Source of the DNA: a virus | Lineage: Duplodnaviria > Caudoviricetes | IMG/VR virus record: IMGVR_UViG_3300042451_001385 | Span: 1 to 27,884 of that record | Direction: 5' to 3' (one strand) | Length of the DNA: 27,884 nucleotides | Shown here: one piece after another, positions 19,202 through 26,157 of the stretch | How positions within the stretch are numbered: position 1 is the stretch's first letter | Layout of the letters: each line of letters opens with the position of its first letter | Program-made: the position numbers and the translations under genes | The notes under the pieces: model-generated | Told to the model about the DNA's origin: nothing | Seen by the model: only the letters and a program-made list of their open reading frames with translations | Database searches by the model: none

Positions 19202-20140
19202 ATGCTATCTGGTAGAAACAAATTACAAATAATCACAATATTAGATTCTACACTAGGTGTGGGTTCATCCCTTAAGGGAAATGAACAGGCCCATCATTGT
19301 CCTTTTTGTAATCACCACAAAAAGAAACTACAAATCAATTTAGATACTCAAAGATGGCATTGTTGGGTGTGTGACTCAAAGGGTAGAAGTATTTATTCAC
19401 TACTCCGCAAACTCAATGTAGATATTAGAGACCTGAATAAGGTTAGAGATGTATATGGTGATGAGCCTGAATACGATTCTAAAGAGGAGTATGTAGCTAA
19501 GTTACAATTACCAAAAGAATTCAAACAATTATATTTCAAACCAACTGGGTCATTTAATCCATCATATAATCAGGCCATTCATTACCTAAGTAAAAGAGGT
19601 ATTGCGAAAGCAGATATTGTAAAACATAATATTGGATATTGTGAAGATGGATTATATGGTGGTAGAGTAATCATTCCATCTTATGATGATGGTGGAGAAC
19701 TTAATTACTTTGTAGCTCGTTCTTTTTATGAAGATGAACCATACAAATATAAGAATCCGCCAATTAGTAGAGATGTAATTGTATTTGAGAACCAAATTAA
19801 TTGGAATGAACCGATTACGTTAGTGGAAGGAGTATTCGATTCATTTTCAGTAAAGAGAAATGTAATTCCATTGTTAGGTAAGTTTCTACTTAGCAAACTC
19901 AAAAACAAAATTATGGAAATGGGTGTTAAAGAGGTAACGATTATGTTAGACTCAGATGCCGTAGATGATTCAACTAAACATACTGAATGGTTTATAAATA
20001 ATGGAATAAAAGTGCGTAATATAATACCAACTGATAAAGATGCTGGTGAAATGGGATTTAAAAAAGTAAACGAACTCCTAAAGGGAGCAAAACAAACTGG
20101 ATGGGATGACTTAGTTCTATCCAAACTAAATAATATATGA
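19202..20140 (+). CDS. dnaG: DNA primase (CHC2 zinc finger + TOPRIM)
   Basis: CPFC...HCWVC zinc finger; GRVIIP, YFVARS, KYKNP; TOPRIM LVEGVFD and LDSDA, KDAGE. Confidence 0.92.
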   Translation: MLSGRNKLQIITILDSTLGVGSSLKGNEQAHHCPFCNHHKKKLQINLDTQRWHCWVCDSKGRSIYSLLRKLNVDIRDLNKVRDVYGDEPEYDSKEEYVAKLQLPKEFKQLYFKPTGSFNPSYNQAIHYLSKRGIAKADIVKHNIGYCEDGLYGGRVIIPSYDDGGELNYFVARSFYEDEPYKYKNPPISRDVIVFENQINWNEPITLVEGVFDSFSVKRNVIPLLGKFLLSKLKNKIMEMGVKEVTIMLDSDAVDDSTKHTEWFINNGIKVRNIIPTDKDAGEMGFKKVNELLKGAKQTGWDDLVLSKLNNI

Positions 20141-23100
20141 GGTTAAAGAGAATTTATCACATTGCGGATATACACATTCGTAATATAAAAAGACACAAAG
20201 AGTTTAGAGAAGTATTTTACTCAATGTTTGAAGAAATACAAAAAAGAGGAACGGAAGATTCTATTATCTACTTAGCTGGTGATATCGCTCATGCTAAATT
20301 GGAAATGAGTCCTGAATTGGTAAGTGAGATTAGCTGGTTGTTTACGGAATGTAACAAACTATGTCCTACAATTGTAATCGCTGGTAATCACGATTGTAAT
20401 ATGAATAATTCGGACAGAATGGATGTACTTACCCCAATCGTTGATGCATTGAAATTACCAAACCTAACTTATTTAAGAGATACTCAAGTTTATGGTATTG
20501 GTGGGGTGGACTTTGCAGTATTCAGTATATTTGATAACAAAGATAATTGGCCAAAAGCTAATACACTATTTGCAAACAAAAAGATTGCACTATTTCACGG
20601 ACCTGTTGATAACTCCACAACCGATGTAGGGTATGTGGTTAGTAGTAGACACTTTACAACTGATATATTTGATGGATATGATTTGGCCCTGTTAGGAGAT
20701 ATCCACAAAAGACAAGAGATGATATCACCAAGCGGATGTAAGGTGGTATATGCCGGTTCTTTGGTACAACAAAACTTCGGTGAAACCCTTGACAAGCACG
20801 GATTCTTAGTTTGGGATTTAGATACAATGACCTATGAGGAAGTTGATATCCAAAACGATTACGGATACTATACTTTAGATGTTGATGGTGGTATTGTGCC
20901 GGATGTAACTGATATGCCGTTATACCCTCGTTTAAGAGTAAGGATAACTAATACGGATACCGCAGATACTAAAAGGATGATGGCTGATATTACGGCAAAG
21001 TATGGCGTAGAAGATTTTACAATCATTAGAACGGATTCATTCAATACCAAGAAAACCAACGATAGAGAAGCAAGGTTGGAAGTAGATAGTGTGGCTGATA
21101 TAAACCATCAAAACTCTTTAATAGGGGAGTATGTGGAACGTATGATGCCATTTGTAACGAAGGAGGACTTGGCTGGAATAGAGAAAATAAATCGTGACAT
21201 TAATAGTAGAGTGCAACCATCAGAACAACAAAGGAATATAAGCTGGAAACCTGTAAGATTTGAATTCTCTAATATGTTCAGTTATGGAGAGGACAATGTT
21301 ATTAAGTTTGATAAGATAAACGGATTGATGGGATTATTTGCACCAAACGCACAGGGTAAATCATCCCTATTTGATGCAATATCATTTTGCTTGTTTGATA
21401 AATGTAGTAGGGCTTATAAGGCAGCTGCAATTATGAATAATAGGAAGCAAGATTTCCATTGCCAATTGGATTTCACTATTGATGGTGTAATGTATCATAT
21501 CCGTAGGGAAGGTAAAACTATTAATAAGGGAAGAAACGTAAAAGTGGATGTGGAATTTTGGAAAGAGGGGGATACCGGTAGGGAATCACTTAACGGAACG
21601 GAACGTAGGGATACAAATCAAGTCATTGAAGGATATGTAGGCCGTTATGAGGATTTCGTAATGACAGCATTGAGTTTGCAAGGAAACAATGCACTATTCA
21701 TTGATAAATCACAATCTGAAAGGAAAGATTTGTTGGCTCAATTTATGGGATTGGACATGTTTGATAAGCTGTATGAAACTGCTACCAATGATATTAAGGA
21801 TGTGAACGCACTTATCAGAAATTTTAGAAAGACCGACTTCACTTCCGAATTAGCCCAAAAAGAAACCGACTTGAATGCAAAGAAAGTTGAATATGGTGAA
21901 TTGGATTCTGAGAAGTTAGAATTAGAAAATCGTAAGGGTGAGATGGAAGAACAAATTGTAACTCTATCTCAACAAATCATTCCAATTCAAGGTAACTTAG
22001 ATATTGATGAATTAAATCGTAAATTAAAAAAGATTGAGGGTGAATTAACAACTTGGGGAGATACTAAGTTTGATAAAACCCAAAAACTTACGGAAGTAAA
22101 AGAATTGGTTAGAGAAGCTAAGGAAATGGTTGATTCTAAAGTTACCATAAACGGAATTAGTATAGAAGTTGTATATTCAAATTACCAACGAGAACAAAAA
22201 GCTTTAATTGAAGCAGAAAAAACTTATTCAATAGTAAAGTCACAATTAGATTCCGCCAAAGAAAAGATTAATCATTTGGATAAGCATGAATATGACCCAA
22301 ATTGTAAATTTTGTTGCGATAATGAATTTGTTAAAGATGCAATGAGAGCAAAAGAAGCATTGCCTGAATTGGAAGCGTTTGTTAAAAATGCAACTATACA
22401 ATGTACGGGTATTCAACAAACTTTAGATTCTTGGGAAGGTGTAGAAGAACAATTCAAACAATGGAAAGAATATACCGATGAATACAAAAGATTAATTAAT
22501 GTTACAGAAAGATTGGAAGGTGATATTAGAACTGCAGATTCTAAAATTGAATTATCACAAACTCAAAAGGAAACTGTAAACGCTGATATTCAAAGATACA
22601 ATGATAACGAAGAAACAATTGTAAAGAATCAAGCATTAGATATCCAAATACAAAATGTTCGTAGATTGAAGCTAGGTGTGGAAAGACAAATTTCGGATGT
22701 GAACAAACTTATGTTGAAATTGATGTCAGAAGTAGGTGCAACAAAAACTTTTATAGATAATATGAAAGCTAAGATGGAGGAAGTAAAAGAATTGGAAACT
22801 AAAAATCAATTATATACATTCTACTTAGATGCAGTTAAAAAAGATGGTGTACCATACGAATTAATATCCAAAGCACTTCCAGCAATTGAAAACGAAGTGA
22901 ACAACATATTAGGACAGGTAGTAGATTTCTCAATAGCAATGGATACCGATGGAAAGAACATTAACGCTAGAATCGTTTATGAGGACCAGGAGTGGGCTTT
23001 AGAAATGTGTAGTGGTATGGAGAAGTTCATATCGGGATTAGCGATTAGAGTGGCTCTAATTAACATTTGCAACCTACCTAGACCTAACTTCTTAGTAATC

Positions 23101-23280
23101 GATGAAGGGTTTGGTACATTAGATGCAGATAACCTATCATCTTTATTTATGATGATGCAATATCTTAAAACTCAATTCGATTTCATTTGGGTAATTTCTC
23201 ACTTAGAACAAATGAGAGATATAGTAGATGGGCTTATCGAAATTAAGAAAATAGATGGGTTTTCTAAGATTAATTTTTAA
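20137..23280 (+). CDS. Fused Mre11/SbcD nuclease - Rad50/SbcC ATPase (T4 gp47-gp46-like) recombination exonuclease
   Basis: Metallophosphoesterase motifs ADIH, AGD, GNHD, FHG, GDIH; Walker A APNAQGKSS, Q-loop, coiled coil with CKFC zinc hook, CSGMEK signature, Walker B/D-loop IDEGFGTLD, ISH; ATGA overlap with the primase gene. Confidence 0.93.
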   Translation: MRLKRIYHIADIHIRNIKRHKEFREVFYSMFEEIQKRGTEDSIIYLAGDIAHAKLEMSPELVSEISWLFTECNKLCPTIVIAGNHDCNMNNSDRMDVLTPIVDALKLPNLTYLRDTQVYGIGGVDFAVFSIFDNKDNWPKANTLFANKKIALFHGPVDNSTTDVGYVVSSRHFTTDIFDGYDLALLGDIHKRQEMISPSGCKVVYAGSLVQQNFGETLDKHGFLVWDLDTMTYEEVDIQNDYGYYTLDVDGGIVPDVTDMPLYPRLRVRITNTDTADTKRMMADITAKYGVEDFTIIRTDSFNTKKTNDREARLEVDSVADINHQNSLIGEYVERMMPFVTKEDLAGIEKINRDINSRVQPSEQQRNISWKPVRFEFSNMFSYGEDNVIKFDKINGLMGLFAPNAQGKSSLFDAISFCLFDKCSRAYKAAAIMNNRKQDFHCQLDFTIDGVMYHIRREGKTINKGRNVKVDVEFWKEGDTGRESLNGTERRDTNQVIEGYVGRYEDFVMTALSLQGNNALFIDKSQSERKDLLAQFMGLDMFDKLYETATNDIKDVNALIRNFRKTDFTSELAQKETDLNAKKVEYGELDSEKLELENRKGEMEEQIVTLSQQIIPIQGNLDIDELNRKLKKIEGELTTWGDTKFDKTQKLTEVKELVREAKEMVDSKVTINGISIEVVYSNYQREQKALIEAEKTYSIVKSQLDSAKEKINHLDKHEYDPNCKFCCDNEFVKDAMRAKEALPELEAFVKNATIQCTGIQQTLDSWEGVEEQFKQWKEYTDEYKRLINVTERLEGDIRTADSKIELSQTQKETVNADIQRYNDNEETIVKNQALDIQIQNVRRLKLGVERQISDVNKLMLKLMSEVGATKTFIDNMKAKMEEVKELETKNQLYTFYLDAVKKDGVPYELISKALPAIENEVNNILGQVVDFSIAMDTDGKNINARIVYEDQEWALEMCSGMEKFISGLAIRVALINICNLPRPNFLVIDEGFGTLDADNLSSLFMMMQYLKTQFDFIWVISHLEQMRDIVDGLIEIKKIDGFSKINF

Positions 23281-23443
23281 TAGTTGATAATGTATTATTA
23301 GGTGTGGTCTTTTTTAAAGACTGCACCTTTTCTTTTATAAGAGTTTCTACTAATCCATTTATCTTATACCCCTTTTCTTTACAAAATTCTTTTAATGCTT
23401 GATGTACATCGGCATCAATTTGTATCATTGCGTATTTTTTCAT
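23270..23443 (-). CDS. Small ribbon-helix-helix (CopG/Arc-like) DNA-binding protein, 57 aa
   Basis: Manual translation: MKKYAMIQIDADVHQALKEFCKEKGYKINGLVETLIKEKVQSLKKTTPNNTLSTIKN*; strand-helix-G-helix pattern typical of RHH. Below the ORF-track length cut-off. Confidence 0.8.
   Translation of the reverse strand: MKKYAMIQIDADVHQALKEFCKEKGYKINGLVETLIKEKVQSLKKTTPNNTLSTIKN
23300..23337 (+). terminator. Intrinsic terminator for the primase/Mre11-Rad50 transcript
   Basis: AGGTGTGGTCTTT-TTT-AAAGACTGCACCT forms a 13-bp stem with two G-U pairs, followed by TTTCTTTT; about 20 nt after the stop at 23280. Confidence 0.7.
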
Positions 23444-23462
23444 TCTTTAGATTTCTTTAGAT
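23443..23462. repeat. Perfect tandem 10-bp direct repeat TTCTTTAGAT x2, candidate RHH operator
   Basis: Seen directly, abutting the RHH start codon in a divergent intergenic region. Confidence 0.65.
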
Positions 23463-23482
23463 ATAATTATATAAAAATTTAA

Positions 23483-23491
23483 ATATTTATA
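23483..23491 (+). promoter_or_regulatory. ATATTTATA motif, putative late promoter
   Basis: Recurrent motif, 23 nt before ATG at 23506. Confidence 0.6.
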
Positions 23492-23505
23492 TTATATTTA
23501 AAGAT

Positions 23506-26070
23506 ATGGAAGAAAAATATATTTCATTTGATGGTTGGTGGGGTGGTTACTCAAATATAAGAATGTCATATGAGATGATTGCGGCTATAAGCGTAATTAC
23601 CAACAGAACTATAATACTACCACCAAAACTTTATTGTTTATTCTTATCACAACATAATGATAAATCTACATTTTTTGATATGTGGAAAACATTAGATATT
23701 GAAGCATTTAAAAGAGAATTCAAATGTATTCATTATGAAGAAGTACCAGAGTATGCTGTATTGGAAAATAATACACAATATTTTTCTGGAATTGATAAAA
23801 TTGCTAAAATAATTTTATTTGATAGTGATTATAATGATTGGGGAGTTCAACAAGGAATACAAGATAATCAATTAATTGCTTGTAACGTATTAGATAATGA
23901 TGATTACACTTCATTTTCAAATGGAAGAACTTTAATAGATTTAAATTGTGATGACAAATTTATACATTTTCCAAGAAATTTATTTGGACATTTTTATTAT
24001 CATATATACGGAAATACTGCTACGCAAAGGAATATAATAAAAGAAAAAATAAAAAAAGGTGTAACATACAAAAAAACCTATTTTGAGATGACTGATGTAG
24101 TAAAAAATAAAATAGGAGAATACAACAGTATTCATATTAGAAGAAACGATTTTTTACAAACAAGAGAATATACAGCAAAACCGCAGCTAGAGAAATTGTT
24201 AGATGATATTAAAGATAGAATTGATACAAATATACCACTATACATAGCTACAGATGAAAATGATAAATCTTTATTTGAATTTTTAAAAGAACATTACACA
24301 ATATATTTCTTAGATGATTTTTTTATAGATTTACAAAATTATGAAAAATTAATGGTTGACCAAATAATATGTTCTAAATCTAAAATATTTTTAGGAAGTA
24401 AATTCTCAACATTTTCTGATTACATAAACATATTAAGAGGATATTCTAATAAACTTGATTTTCATAGAGAAGGCACTAATTTTAAATTACCAAAATTAAA
24501 CTACGATAGGTTTCCTTGGGAAGTTGAATCTTATAGTTGGGATAAGATTTGGGATTTTTGCTGGAAGTATGAGAGAAATTATTTTAATTTAGGATTCTTT
24601 GGTTCACATAATTCAGCTATGGCAATATCTTATAAAGGTGATGTATTAGAAGTTGTTGAATTAGAAAGATGGGTTAACAAAAAGAATGCAGCTTTTTATT
24701 ATCATTTTCCAATAGATAATCCCGATGATGTTGCAAAAAATATTTACGAATATTTTAAAAATAAATATGGTGCATATTATTATGATAACGTTATTTGGAA
24801 TTCAAGTAAAACTGCACATTTACAATTTCCTGCTAAAAATTATGAATTCAAACCACATCACTACGCGCATGTATGTAATGCTATGTATCAATCACCTTCT
24901 AAAAAATCATTAAATATTTCATTTGATGGTGGTAGTGATGAGGGTACATTCAATATTTATTTAGGTGAAAGAGGTAAAGAACCTGAAAAGATTTTTACAT
25001 CTTCAAAAGACTTGGCAGTTTGTTATCAAACAATAGCACATTATTTAAGTTCAATAAAAAGAGAAGATAATTGGTGGATAGGTAATTTAGTTTATGCTGG
25101 AAAACTTATGGGATTATCATCATATGGAAATAATACGGCATTATTGGTTAGTAAGATGGTTGAATTTTATGAAGGCCAAGAAACAGATGATGTTAATAAT
25201 GCACATTATAGATTTCAAAAAATATTTGGATTTACAAATGAAACAAGGTTAACGGGTAATTTTGAAAAAGATTTAGCAAGAGTAAATCAATTTGTTTTTG
25301 AAAAAACGTTTAAAAAAATAGTAGAACCATTCATTGAAAAATATAAAGATAGGGAATTGCAATTTAGTGGAGGTGGTGCTATGAATATAATAAATAATAG
25401 TATATACGATGCATTTGTATCACCAAATCCAGACGATAGGGGTATTGCATTAGGGCTTGTTTTGAGTAAAATAAAAACAGGAAACATCATAGATTCTACA
25501 TATTTGGGTTCTGAACCATATGATAGTTTGCCCGATTATTTTGATTTAAATATAGAAGAAATTGTAACAGATTTAATAAATGGTAAAATTATAGGAATCA
25601 TTCAGGGTAATAGTGAGCATGGCGCTCGTTCTTTAGGTAATCGAAGTATAATATGTATGCCATCGGTTGGCATGAAAGAAAAATTAAATTCAGAAGTAAA
25701 GCATAGGGAAATGTTTAGACCTTTTGCACCTGTTGTTAGATTAGAAGATGCTAGTGAGTTTTTTGAATTTGGTAATCATACTAGATGGATGACTCATAAT
25801 TCTATTGTAAAAGAAAAGTACAAAAGTAAAATACCAGCAATAACACATATAGATGGTACAGCACGATTGCAAACTGTAACTAAACATCAAAATGAATTAA
25901 TATATACACTATTGTCAAAGTTAGAAAATAGAGGACATATACCGGTATTATTGAATACATCATTCAATATTCAGGGTAATCCAATACTAAATAGATATGC
26001 CGATGCTATACTAATTAGAGATACTACTGGATTAGATAAGGTAATTACTGACAAATTTTTATTAAAATAA
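23506..26070 (+). CDS. Fusion of O-fucosyltransferase-like glycosyltransferase (N-terminal ~355 aa) and NodU/CmcH-family O-carbamoyltransferase
   Basis: GT half: GGYSN, NRTIILPP, SIHIRRNDF, LYIATDE, DQIICSKSKIFLGSKFSTFS. Carbamoyltransferase half: GSHNS, ELER, HHYAH, DGGSD, GKLMGLSSYG, SGGGAMN, EHGARSLGNRS, KHREMFRPFAP, HIDGTARLQTV, PVLLNTSFN. Confidence 0.88.
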   Translation: MEEKYISFDGWWGGYSNIRMSYEMIAAISVITNRTIILPPKLYCLFLSQHNDKSTFFDMWKTLDIEAFKREFKCIHYEEVPEYAVLENNTQYFSGIDKIAKIILFDSDYNDWGVQQGIQDNQLIACNVLDNDDYTSFSNGRTLIDLNCDDKFIHFPRNLFGHFYYHIYGNTATQRNIIKEKIKKGVTYKKTYFEMTDVVKNKIGEYNSIHIRRNDFLQTREYTAKPQLEKLLDDIKDRIDTNIPLYIATDENDKSLFEFLKEHYTIYFLDDFFIDLQNYEKLMVDQIICSKSKIFLGSKFSTFSDYINILRGYSNKLDFHREGTNFKLPKLNYDRFPWEVESYSWDKIWDFCWKYERNYFNLGFFGSHNSAMAISYKGDVLEVVELERWVNKKNAAFYYHFPIDNPDDVAKNIYEYFKNKYGAYYYDNVIWNSSKTAHLQFPAKNYEFKPHHYAHVCNAMYQSPSKKSLNISFDGGSDEGTFNIYLGERGKEPEKIFTSSKDLAVCYQTIAHYLSSIKREDNWWIGNLVYAGKLMGLSSYGNNTALLVSKMVEFYEGQETDDVNNAHYRFQKIFGFTNETRLTGNFEKDLARVNQFVFEKTFKKIVEPFIEKYKDRELQFSGGGAMNIINNSIYDAFVSPNPDDRGIALGLVLSKIKTGNIIDSTYLGSEPYDSLPDYFDLNIEEIVTDLINGKIIGIIQGNSEHGARSLGNRSIICMPSVGMKEKLNSEVKHREMFRPFAPVVRLEDASEFFEFGNHTRWMTHNSIVKEKYKSKIPAITHIDGTARLQTVTKHQNELIYTLLSKLENRGHIPVLLNTSFNIQGNPILNRYADAILIRDTTGLDKVITDKFLLK

Positions 26071-26073
26071 TAC

Positions 26074-26091
26074 TCTAAAGTATTCTTTAGA
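26074..26091. repeat. Inverted repeat TCTAAAG-TATT-CTTTAGA sharing its core with the 23443 repeats
   Basis: Seen directly, in the gap after the carbamoyltransferase gene. Confidence 0.55.
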
Positions 26092-26128
26092 ATTCTATAT
26101 AATCTAATTATGTAAATACATAATGCTA

Positions 26129-26137
26129 ATATTTATT
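26129..26137 (+). promoter_or_regulatory. ATATTTATT motif, putative late promoter
   Basis: Recurrent motif, 29 nt before ATG at 26158. Confidence 0.55.
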
Positions 26138-26157
26138 AAAGTAACAATTGAATATCA

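Noticed and set aside
18680-19279. Palindrome CCCTTAAGGG occurring twice (18680 and 19269)
   Set aside because: Both copies are inside CDSs and encode (P/S)-L-K-G; two copies are not enough to call a binding site.
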